From: an uncultured bacterium | GTDB taxonomy: Bacteria; Krumholzibacteriota; Krumholzibacteriia; JACNKJ01 | Length of the DNA: 64,000 nucleotides | Direction: 5' to 3' | Assembly (NCBI GenBank): GCA_963695095.1 | Contig: CAVOFT010000001.1 | Coordinates: forward strand, 3,232,001 to 3,296,000 | Part shown: one piece after another, positions 8,663 through 16,600 of the stretch | How positions within the stretch are numbered: the stretch's first letter is position 1 | Layout: every line of letters begins with the position of its first letter | Notes under the pieces: generated by a model | Databases searched by the model: none | What the model was told of the DNA's origin: nothing | What the model saw: the letters and a program-made list of their open reading frames with translations, nothing else | Position numbers and translations under genes: made by a program

Positions 8663-9190
8663 ATGAAGCGCACGGCTATCATCCTCTTTGCCTTCTTCCT
8701 GTCGATCGCGATGGCCGGTTCCGCCTTCGCCTACCCCAGCTATTTCACGAACCGCTGTGCGAGCTGCCACAGCGACGACACGCCCACCTGCAACGGCTGC
8801 CATCAGCACCGCGGCAACGTGCAGGCCAGCCTGGACGCTGCCAGCTACCTGCCCGGCGCACCCGTGAGCGTCACCCTCACCGGGGGCGCCGAGGAGGGCT
8901 GGATCCGGGGCATCCTCTACGACCACAATGACGTCGTCGTCGCCCTGGCCACCGGGCCCACGGGCACGGGTGACGATGGCGGCGCCAGCGCCGTGGAGTT
9001 CCCGGTCGGCCTGCAGGCCAGCGCGCCGGCAAGCGCCGGCGACTATGCCTGGGAGGCGGCCTGGTTCGGAGGCGCCACGGCCGGCGGCGGCGCTCACGAG
9101 GAGCGGCGGCGGCCCCTGACGGTGCACGTGGAGGGCGTCAATACCGCGGTCGCCGGCGGAAGTTGGTCGGCCATCAAGCGCCTCTACTAG
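8663..9190 (+). CDS. Secreted protein with two CxxCH haem-binding motifs and C-terminal SWSAIKRLY tail
   Basis: Signal peptide, CASCH and CNGCH, Ig/reeler-like beta region, ends TAVAGGSWSAIKRLY. Confidence 0.75.
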   Translation: MKRTAIILFAFFLSIAMAGSAFAYPSYFTNRCASCHSDDTPTCNGCHQHRGNVQASLDAASYLPGAPVSVTLTGGAEEGWIRGILYDHNDVVVALATGPTGTGDDGGASAVEFPVGLQASAPASAGDYAWEAAWFGGATAGGGAHEERRRPLTVHVEGVNTAVAGGSWSAIKRLY

Positions 9191-9244
9191 TCGCGGTCTT
9201 TGCGATCACGATCGAGGAGCCGGGCGGCGACGCCGGCTCTTCTG

Positions 9245-10036
9245 CTAGCGGGCGAAGCCGGACAGGCGCAGGTAGGCCGCGATGATCGGCGGCCCCCAGA
9301 AGAGCGACACCAGGCCGCCCACCGCCAGGAAGGGCCCGAAGGGGATGGCCAGCCGGCCGATGCCCTGCCCCTTGCGGGCGCGGGCGATCATGACGAGGCC
9401 CACCACCGCGCCCGCGGTCACTCCCACCAAGAATGCGAGCAGCACGCCGCCCAGGCCGGTGTGGGCGCCGATCATGGCGAGGAGCACGAAGTCCCCACCG
9501 CCCATCCCCGCCTGCCCGCGCACGCGCTTGTAGCTGAGGCTGAGCAGGAGCGGCAGCAGGTAGCCCACGCCGGCGCCGATCAGGGCCCGCGGCCAGTGCG
9601 GGCCGACGCCGAAGGCGGCGAAGGCGAGCCCGCTCGCCACGCCGGTCAGGGTGAAGCGGTGGGGCAGCTCCATGGTGTCCAGGTCGATGAAGCTGAGCAC
9701 CGCGAGCAGGCTGATGAAGAGGGCGTCGCGGGCGAAGAGCGGCGTGGGGCCGTCCCGCCAGGCGGCGAGGATCAGCAGCGCCGGCACCAGCAGCTCGAGC
9801 AGCAGGTAGCGGAAGGCCACCGGGGCGCGGCAGTGCCGGCAGCGGCCGGCGAAGACGAGCCAGCCGAGGATGGGCAGCAGCTCGGGCAGGCCCAGCGCGT
9901 GGCCGCAGGCCGGGCAGTGGCTGCGGCCTGCCACCCAGCCCTCGCGGCGCGGGATGCGATAGATGAGCACGGAGAAGAAGCTGGCCAGGAAGGGCGAGAG
10001 CACCCCGACGAGGACGAGAAAGAGCGTGCGGTCCAT
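9245..10036 (-). CDS. pilD: Prepilin peptidase / N-methyltransferase (A24A)
   Basis: RSHCPACGH, LPILGWL..GRCRHC, FIDLD, GMGGGDFVLLAMIGA, IPFGPFLA. Confidence 0.9.
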   Translation of the reverse strand: MDRTLFLVLVGVLSPFLASFFSVLIYRIPRREGWVAGRSHCPACGHALGLPELLPILGWLVFAGRCRHCRAPVAFRYLLLELLVPALLILAAWRDGPTPLFARDALFISLLAVLSFIDLDTMELPHRFTLTGVASGLAFAAFGVGPHWPRALIGAGVGYLLPLLLSLSYKRVRGQAGMGGGDFVLLAMIGAHTGLGGVLLAFLVGVTAGAVVGLVMIARARKGQGIGRLAIPFGPFLAVGGLVSLFWGPPIIAAYLRLSGFAR

Positions 10037-10079
10037 GACCGCAGACTAGGCGGTCGGAGCCCAGACCGGCAAGCAGGAC

Positions 10080-10093
10080 TTGTCACGTGACGA
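10080..10093. promoter_or_regulatory. Palindromic site TTGTCACGTGACGA (parS-like or operator)
   Basis: One mismatch to TTGTCACGTGACAA at 50008; intergenic, upstream of pilD. Confidence 0.45.
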
Positions 10094-10112
10094 GAGCCGA
10101 GCCGGCAACATG

Positions 10113-10139
10113 AAGGGGGGAGCCACCGGCTCCCCCCTT
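10113..10139. terminator. Intrinsic terminator hairpin downstream of protease 1
   Basis: aaggggggagcc-acc-ggctcccccctt, 12-bp perfect stem. Confidence 0.7.
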
Positions 10140-10153
10140 TGCTTGGCGAAATC

Positions 10154-10218
10154 AGAGCGCGTGCGTGTCGCAGCCGGGCGCCTGTGAAGCGGCGCCCGGT
10201 GCGACACGCGAGCGCTCT
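10154..10218 (+). repeat. Extragenic hairpin element, copy 3
   Basis: Core at 10178-10195; arms agagcgc..gcgtgtcgca.ccgg / ccggtgcgacacgc..gcgctct; overlaps the stop codon of protease 1. Confidence 0.9.
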
Positions 10219-13180
10219 ATTTGAGCAGGACCATGCGCTTGCTCACCGTCTGCTCCGTCGTCACGAGACGATAGAAGTAGACGCCGCTCGCGGCGCGCTG
10301 GCCTGCGCTATCCGTGCCGTCCCAGACGATGCTCTGCGGACCGGCCTCGAGCTTGCCCTCCGCCAGGCTCTTCACCAGGCGACCCTGGGCATCGAAGATG
10401 CGCAGGCTGGCCTGGCCGGCCTGCTTCAGGCTGAAGCGGATCTCCGTCTTCGGGTTGAAGGGGTTGGGGCTGTTCTGGTCCAGGCGCGTGACGAAGTGCG
10501 TGCTCACGCCCTCGTCCACGCCCGAGAGATCGAAGCTGCCCATGAGCAGGAAGTCGTCCACCAGCGCCTCCACCAGGGAGCCGCTGCCGGCATCCTCCGC
10601 CTTGAAGCGCAACTGCACCGTGCCCGGGGTGGCGTAGTAGGTGTCCAGATCGAAGACGATGTTCACCCAGGCATTGCTGCTGGCCGTCGTGTACTCGACG
10701 TTGGTCCAGGTAGCGCCGCCGTCGTTGCTGACCTGCACGGTCCAGTAGTCCTCGCCGGGGGCGTTGCCCTGGTCGTTCGAGTACCAGCGCCAGTAGCTCA
10801 CGGAGACATCCGAAGCGCCAGCCAGCTCGAACTTCGGCGAGTAGAGCAAGGTCGCGCCGCCGTCGACGTCGTAGCTGCCGGCGCCGGTGCCTGCCAGCGC
10901 GCCGGTCACCCAGCACAGCGTGCCGATCGCCGTATGGTCGTTTTCAGGCTGGGCGGTCGTCTGCTGCGGATCCGCGCGCTCCCAGTTGCCGGTGCCGGCG
11001 GTCTCGCCGGTCACGGTGCTGAGATGCCAGGCGGTCGGCAGCTCCATCTCGTCCGCGAAGCCGTCGTCGACCTCGAAGTAGTGCAGGGCCGCCGGCGCCG
11101 CCGCCGGGCTGGTGCCCGTCGCACCCAGGGTGTTGGCCGCCTCGATGTAGTACTCGACCTTGCTGCCCCAGGCCTGCGCCGGGATCGTGGCCGCGAACTC
11201 GTCGGGGTTGCCGGTGCCGTTCATGAGCACGGTGCTGAAGCCGCCGCCGTTCACGCGATAGTTCAGCTCCACGCTGCCGCCCACGATGCTGCCGCCGCCC
11301 AGGGACACGGCCTGGCCGATCACGGGATAGCCCACGCTCTGGCTGGACGAGTAGGGACGGGACTCGTGGTAGACGAAGACGCCGACCAGGATCGCGGGAC
11401 AATCGAAGCCGTGGTTCTCGGCCGCCTCGCAGAGCTGCGCATGGTGCGGCGTGCCGTCGTCCATGTTGGCGTTGTCGTCATCGGCGAAGAAGGTGGCGAA
11501 CACCTGATCCGCCTGGTAGAAGGGGTGCATGAGCACGCGGCCGTAGTGCCAGAGCTCTCCGCTCTTGACCGTGCCGGGCGCATCCCAGCTGCCGCCGCCG
11601 TAGAGGCCCTGCAGCAGCACCATCGCGTCCCAGTTGAAGCCGGCGATCACCTGGCCGGCGTAGTGGATCTCCTGGCCCACCACGTCGCCCGGGTACTGCA
11701 AGGTGTTCAGCGAGTTGCGAATCCCGCTCACGCAGTTGCCCACGTAGAAGCCGCGGCCGATGATCGGATCCTGGGTCATCAGGTTGCCGATGATGTCGCC
11801 GTTGCCCTCGCCCAGGCCCTCGTTGCCCTGGCTGCCGAGAATGGCGGCCTGGATGCCGTGGCCGAACTCGTGGTGCACGACCTGCTGCAGCTCGCCGGTG
11901 TTGCCGTAGCTGGCGCTGCCGGCGCAGAAGTTGATGGTGCCGTCCCACCAGGCGTTGCCCGGGCAGTAGCCGTCCGAGCGGTTCACGTAGGCGTTGATGT
12001 GCGCGTTGCGTGTAGCCGAAGCCCGGCGTCGAAGAGATCGAAGAAGTCGTGGATGTCGTTGATGGCATCGAAGACGTCGCGCTCGTCCTGGCGGGCGTTC
12101 GCGTCCGTGAAGGCCACGGTGAAGGGCACGTTCTCCTGCGCCGTGCCGCGAGAACGCCGCCTCGGCGCCGTTGTAGTTGAACACCGTGATGTAGGGACCG
12201 ATCAGGCCGGCCGTCACCGTGCGGTTCCCGCCCGTGCCGGCGATCGACCAGCTGCCGTCGGCGAGGCTATTGGTGCTGCCCACGCCGCTCACGTTGATCG
12301 TGAGGTAGGGAATGTCGGTCATCGTCGAGCCGTCGCAGTAGCCGTAGATCTGGGCCTCCGCGGAGGTGTCGCCCCCATAGGCGAAGTCGATGTTGTTGAT
12401 CCGCTGCAGGATGTCGCCGCTGTGGGCGTCCACATCCGTCACCCACTCGCCGAAGGGCTCATAGGTCTTCACCGACAGGCGCCAGACGAGGTGGTACTCG
12501 ACCTCGGTCTCGCTGAGCGCCACGGGCAGCACGAGCAACCGCGGTTTCTCGGTGACGCTGTCCGTTGCCGGATCGAAGGGCAGGGCCTGGATGGCGATGG
12601 CCTCGGCCGCCGCCGCGCCGAGCGCGGGGGTTGTCGACAGGCCGCTGATCTGATGGTAGTCCGAACCCATCAGGAGCAGCTTGCCCGTGTCGCTGAAGGC
12701 CACGCGCACCTGCGCGCCCTCGACGTCCACGCCGGCATAGGTCTGCTGGAAGTGGGCCACCCACTTGCCCAGGGCGTGCGGGGTGGAGTCCAGGCGGAGC
12801 TGGCTGCCCTCCGCGCGCAGCACGTCGGCGTTGGCGGCGATGACCTGGCGGGCCAGGCTCTCCAGGCTCGCCGGGCCGCTGATGCCGCTCGCCATCGGCA
12901 CGCTGGTGCCGAAGACGTGCCGGGGCGTGTCGCTCAGGTTGTTCCAGGCGTAGACGCTCCAGCGACCCCCGTAGCGGGCCTCCAGGGTCTGGGCGGTCTC
13001 GAGCATGCCGACATCGCGGCCATAGCTCTGGGCGACGAGGGTGTTGAACGCCGGTAGCCGGATCTCATAGAGATCGTTCTGGCTGACCGGGGTGAAGGCC
13101 AAGGCGCTGACGGCCGCGAGCAAGAGACTTGCTGCGACGAGCAGGGCCCAGCCGGGGGTCCCGAAGATCCGAGATCTCAT
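10217..13180 (-). CDS. Secreted thermolysin-like (M4/M36) zinc metalloprotease 1 with FTP/PepSY propeptide and FlgD-Ig C-terminal domain; three apparent compensating +1 insertions
   Basis: Signal peptide, AHFQQTYAGVDVEGA (FTP), VDAHSGDIL (PepSY), NAWWDG, HEFGH...GLGEGNGD, EIH, LDQNSPNPFNPKTEIRF...KRMVLLK. Sequence 12009-12149 is out of the paralogue frame. Confidence 0.85.
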   Translation of the reverse strand: MRSRIFGTPGWALLVAASLLLAAVSALAFTPVSQNDLYEIRLPAFNTLVAQSYGRDVGMLETAQTLEARYGGRWSVYAWNNLSDTPRHVFGTSVPMASGISGPASLESLARQVIAANADVLRAEGSQLRLDSTPHALGKWVAHFQQTYAGVDVEGAQVRVAFSDTGKLLLMGSDYHQISGLSTTPALGAAAAEAIAIQALPFDPATDSVTEKPRLLVLPVALSETEVEYHLVWRLSVKTYEPFGEWVTDVDAHSGDILQRINNIDFAYGGDTSAEAQIYGYCDGSTMTDIPYLTINVSGVGSTNSLADGSWSIAGTGGNRTVTAGLIGPYITVFNYNGAEAAFSRHGAGERALHRGLHGRERPPGRARRLRCHQRHPRLLRSLRRRASATRNAHINAYVNRSDGYCPGNAWWDGTINFCAGSASYGNTGELQQVVHHEFGHGIQAAILGSQGNEGLGEGNGDIIGNLMTQDPIIGRGFYVGNCVSGIRNSLNTLQYPGDVVGQEIHYAGQVIAGFNWDAMVLLQGLYGGGSWDAPGTVKSGELWHYGRVLMHPFYQADQVFATFFADDDNANMDDGTPHHAQLCEAAENHGFDCPAILVGVFVYHESRPYSSSQSVGYPVIGQAVSLGGGSIVGGSVELNYRVNGGGFSTVLMNGTGNPDEFAATIPAQAWGSKVEYYIEAANTLGATGTSPAAAPAALHYFEVDDGFADEMELPTAWHLSTVTGETAGTGNWERADPQQTTAQPENDHTAIGTLCWVTGALAGTGAGSYDVDGGATLLYSPKFELAGASDVSVSYWRWYSNDQGNAPGEDYWTVQVSNDGGATWTNVEYTTASSNAWVNIVFDLDTYYATPGTVQLRFKAEDAGSGSLVEALVDDFLLMGSFDLSGVDEGVSTHFVTRLDQNSPNPFNPKTEIRFSLKQAGQASLRIFDAQGRLVKSLAEGKLEAGPQSIVWDGTDSAGQRAASGVYFYRLVTTEQTVSKRMVLLK

Positions 13181-13281
13181 GGGTTGCACTCCTTCGCTGA
13201 GTTGCCGTCTAGACGGTGGGCGTCGAAGGCAGGCGAAAACCTGACCTGCGTTGTGGGGCACGAGAAGGCGGGAAGCACTTC

Positions 13282-13290
13282 ATTATAGCA
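13282..13290 (-). promoter_or_regulatory. Extended -10 promoter (TGCTATAAT) for protease 1
   Basis: Reverse complement of attatagca, about 100 nt upstream of ATG 13180. Confidence 0.55.
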
Positions 13291-13447
13291 TACTTGGAAT
13301 GCAGCCGACAAAGAGGCAAAGCAACGCCCACGCGGGAAACTCGAGCCCACCCGCCCCCGGGGGCGGCCTCAGGTCGCGGGATGGGGCCTGCTACCGCATC
13401 GTAGAGCTGCGGCGGGCCGCTCGCGAGGCGCTTGTTCCCAAGCGGAA

Positions 13448-13512
13448 AGCCGCTGCGCGGGTCGTGGCCGGGCGCCTGTGAAGCGGCGCCAGGCACGACC
13501 CGCGCGGCGGCT
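13448..13512 (+). repeat. Extragenic hairpin element, copy 4
   Basis: Core at 13472-13489; arms agccgctgcgcgggtcgtg / cacgacccgcgcggcggct; overlaps the stop codon of protease 2. Confidence 0.9.
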
Positions 13513-16432
13513 ACTTGATCAGAAGCATGCGCTTCGCCTGCGTCCCCGCGGCCGTCTCCAGGCGGTAAAGGTAGACGCCGCTGGCCACTGCGCGGCCCTC
13601 GCCGTCCCGCCCGTCCCAGCTCACGCTGCCCGGCCCGGCCGGCTGCTCGCCCGCGAAGAGCACCCTGAGCAGGCGGCCCCGGGCATCGTAGACCGCCAGA
13701 CGCGCCCGCCCGGCGCTGGGCAGGCTGTACTTGATCTCCGTCACCGGATTGAAGGGATTGGGCCGGTTCTGCTCGAGCCGCTGCGGGAAGGCGATCTCCA
13801 GGCCGTCGCCCACGCCGGTCAGGTCCTCGAAGCTGGCGAGGATGGCGATGTCGTCCACGGCCGCCTCCACCTCGTTCACGGCGCCGAAGTCCTCGGCCGT
13901 GATCTTCAGGCGCAGCAGCTCCAGCGCGGGGAAGTGGGCGCTGAGATCGTGAATCACGTTCTCCCAGCCCGGAGTGCCGCTGGGATCGTGCTCCACGCGC
14001 AGCCAGGTGGCGCCGCCGTCGTTGGAGAGCCAGAGATCGAACTCGTCGTTCGTGCTGTCGGTGACGAACCACTTCCAGTAGCGCAGCGAGGCGCTGGTCG
14101 CGCCCGTGAGATCGTAGACCGGCGAGAGCAGCGTGGTGCGGCCGTTGTCGACGTCGTTCGTCTGGCCGGTCACCCAGCAGAGCGTGCCCGCCGGCGTGTG
14201 GTCGTCCTCGGGCTGGATGTTGGTGCCGATGGGATCCACGTGCACCCAGGCGCTGCTGGCCGCGGCGGCATCGGTGCCGTCGGGGTCCACGGTCCAGCCG
14301 TCGGCGGACTCGAGCGGATCGATGAGCCAGGCCACCACGAAGCTGTGGAAGGCCGCCGGCGCATCGTCCGGCTCGCTGCCCGGCGTGCCCAGCTCGTCGG
14401 CGGCGCTCAGGTAGTAGTCGACCTGGGCCGCTTCCTGGGCCGGAATGCTCGCGCTGTAACTGTTGCCGCCCGCCGGCGCCATCGTCAGCTCGGTCCAGGT
14501 GCCGCCGTCCACGCGCCAGGTAAGTGTCACCGACGCAGGATTGATGGGTGCGTAGGTGGAGATGACCTCGGCCGTCACCGCATAGTCGTTCTCCGCGTCC
14601 GTCGTGTCCCCCACCGGGGTATGCGTGAAGAGCACGCCGATCAAGCGCTCGGGGCACTCGAAGCCGTGGTTCTCGGCCGCGGCGCAGAAGCTGTCGAAGT
14701 GCGGCGTGCCGTCGTCCATGTTGTCGTTGTCGTCATCAGCGAAGAAGGTGGCGAAGACCTGATCGGGCTGCGTGGTCGGCAGCAGAAGCAGGCGCCCGAA
14801 GTGCCAGCGCTCGGCCGAAGCGATGGTGCCGGGGCTGTCCCAGGCGGCGCCGCCGCCGAGTTCGGCCTGCAGCAGCACCATGGCGTCCCAGTTGAAGCCG
14901 GCGATCACACGGCCGGCGGCGTGGATCTCCACGCCCAGCACGTCGGCCGGGTACTGCAGGGTGTTCAGCGAATTGCGGATGCCGCTCACGCAGTTGCCCG
15001 CGAAGAAGCCGCGGCCGATCACCGGATCCTGGGTGATCAGGTTGCCGAGGATGTCCCCGTTGCCCTCGCCCAGGCCCTGATCGCCCTGGTAGCCGAGAAT
15101 CGCCGCCTGCACGCCGTGGCCGAACTCGTGGTGCACCACCTGCTGCAGCTCGCCGGTGTTGGCGTAGCCGGCGCCGGCGGCGCAGAAGTTGATGGTGCCG
15201 TCCCACCAGGCGTTGCCAGGACAGTAGCCGTCGGTGCGATTCACGTAGGCGTTCATGCGCACGTTCGGATAGGCGAAGCCGGGGTCGAAGAGCGCGAAGA
15301 AGTCGTGGACGTCGTTCACGGCGTCGAAGGTGTCGCGCTCGTCCTGGCGCGCATTCGAGTCGTCGAAGCGCACGGTGAAGGGCAGGTCCTCCATGGCCAG
15401 GCCGCTGAAGGCGGCCTCGTCGCCGTTCTGATTGTAGACGCGCACCCAGGGGCCGAAGAGATCGGAAGTCACCGTGCGCGCGCCGCCGCTGCCCGCCACG
15501 CTCCAGTCGCCGGCCGCGTTGCTCGTCGTGCTCCCGGCGCCGTCGACGCTGATGCGCAGGTAGGGCATGGGCACATCGCTCGGCCCGTCGCACCAGCCGT
15601 AGACCTGGGTGTCGGCCGCAGTGTCGCCGCCGTAGGCGAAGTGGATGTCGTTCGTTCGCTGCAGGATCTCGCCCGTGTGGGCGTCGACGTCCGTCACCCA
15701 GGCGCCCAGGGGCTGCGCGGTGCGCAGGGTCAGCCGCCAGACGAGGTGGTACTCCACCGCGGTGTCGCTGAGTGCCACGGGCAGCACGAGCAGGCGCGGC
15801 TGGGCGCTGACGCTGTCCGTCGTCGGGTCGAAGGGCAGGGCCGCCTTGGCGATGGCCTCCGCCGCCGCCGCGCCGAGGGCCGGCGTCGGCGAGAGCGCAA
15901 TGTCCGCATGGTAGTCCGAACCCATCAGGAGCAGCTTGCCCGTGTCGCTGATCGCCACGCGCACGCGGGCGCCCTCGACGTCGATGCCCTGCCAGGTCTG
16001 CTGGAAGTGGGCCACCCACTTGCCCAGCGCATGCGGCGTGGCGGCGAGGCGGAGCTGCGCGTTGTCCGCGCGGAGCAGCTCCGCGTTGGTCGCGATCACC
16101 TGGCGCGCGAGGCTCTCCAGCGCCGCCGCGTCGTCGACGCTCGCCGCCAGCTGCACGCTGCTGCCGTAGACATGCCGCGGCGTTCCGCTCAGGTTGTTCC
16201 AGGCGTAGACGCTCCAGCGGCCGCCGTAACGGGTCTCGAGCGCCCGCGCGGTCTCGAGGATGCCGACGTCGCGTCCGTAGCTCTGCCCGCCCAGGGTGTC
16301 GTACTCGGGCAAGCGGATCTCGTAGAGCGCGTTCTGATCCGCGGGCGTGAAGGCGCCGGCCGGCGCGAGGAAGGTGGCGAGCAGCAGGCCGAGAATGCCC
16401 AGCGCGGCTGCGAACTTCAGGATGCCCGTCAT
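13511..16432 (-). CDS. Secreted thermolysin-like (M4/M36) zinc metalloprotease 2 with FlgD-Ig C-terminal domain
   Basis: Paralogue of 10217..13180; HEFGH...GLGEGNGD; ends KRMLLIK. Confidence 0.88.
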   Translation of the reverse strand: MTGILKFAAALGILGLLLATFLAPAGAFTPADQNALYEIRLPEYDTLGGQSYGRDVGILETARALETRYGGRWSVYAWNNLSGTPRHVYGSSVQLAASVDDAAALESLARQVIATNAELLRADNAQLRLAATPHALGKWVAHFQQTWQGIDVEGARVRVAISDTGKLLLMGSDYHADIALSPTPALGAAAAEAIAKAALPFDPTTDSVSAQPRLLVLPVALSDTAVEYHLVWRLTLRTAQPLGAWVTDVDAHTGEILQRTNDIHFAYGGDTAADTQVYGWCDGPSDVPMPYLRISVDGAGSTTSNAAGDWSVAGSGGARTVTSDLFGPWVRVYNQNGDEAAFSGLAMEDLPFTVRFDDSNARQDERDTFDAVNDVHDFFALFDPGFAYPNVRMNAYVNRTDGYCPGNAWWDGTINFCAAGAGYANTGELQQVVHHEFGHGVQAAILGYQGDQGLGEGNGDILGNLITQDPVIGRGFFAGNCVSGIRNSLNTLQYPADVLGVEIHAAGRVIAGFNWDAMVLLQAELGGGAAWDSPGTIASAERWHFGRLLLLPTTQPDQVFATFFADDDNDNMDDGTPHFDSFCAAAENHGFECPERLIGVLFTHTPVGDTTDAENDYAVTAEVISTYAPINPASVTLTWRVDGGTWTELTMAPAGGNSYSASIPAQEAAQVDYYLSAADELGTPGSEPDDAPAAFHSFVVAWLIDPLESADGWTVDPDGTDAAAASSAWVHVDPIGTNIQPEDDHTPAGTLCWVTGQTNDVDNGRTTLLSPVYDLTGATSASLRYWKWFVTDSTNDEFDLWLSNDGGATWLRVEHDPSGTPGWENVIHDLSAHFPALELLRLKITAEDFGAVNEVEAAVDDIAILASFEDLTGVGDGLEIAFPQRLEQNRPNPFNPVTEIKYSLPSAGRARLAVYDARGRLLRVLFAGEQPAGPGSVSWDGRDGEGRAVASGVYLYRLETAAGTQAKRMLLIK

Positions 16433-16535
16433 GCGATCACTCCCTTGGATGAATGCGCGCGCCGACGATCAGCGCGCGTCGATGCCAAGAACCGAGCCGC
16501 CGGGGCGCAGGCGAGGCGCCGGCTCCTCGGCGGGG

Positions 16536-16600
16536 AGCCGCTGCAGGGGTCGTGGCCGGGCGCCTGTGAAGCGGCGCCAGGCACGACCCCTGCAGCGGCT
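16536..16600 (+). repeat. Extragenic hairpin element, copy 5
   Basis: Core at 16560-16577; 19-bp perfect arms agccgctgcaggggtcgtg / cacgacccctgcagcggct; overlaps the stop codon of protease 3. Confidence 0.9.

Noticed and set aside
12009..12149. Programmed ribosomal frameshifting in protease 1
   Set aside because: No slippery sequence; three identical CC-to-CGC changes fit a consensus error better.
13190..13440. Possible c-di-GMP-I riboswitch (GGCAAA...GAAA) upstream of protease 1
   Set aside because: The motif lies on the wrong strand and the P2/GCAAAG...receptor architecture is absent.
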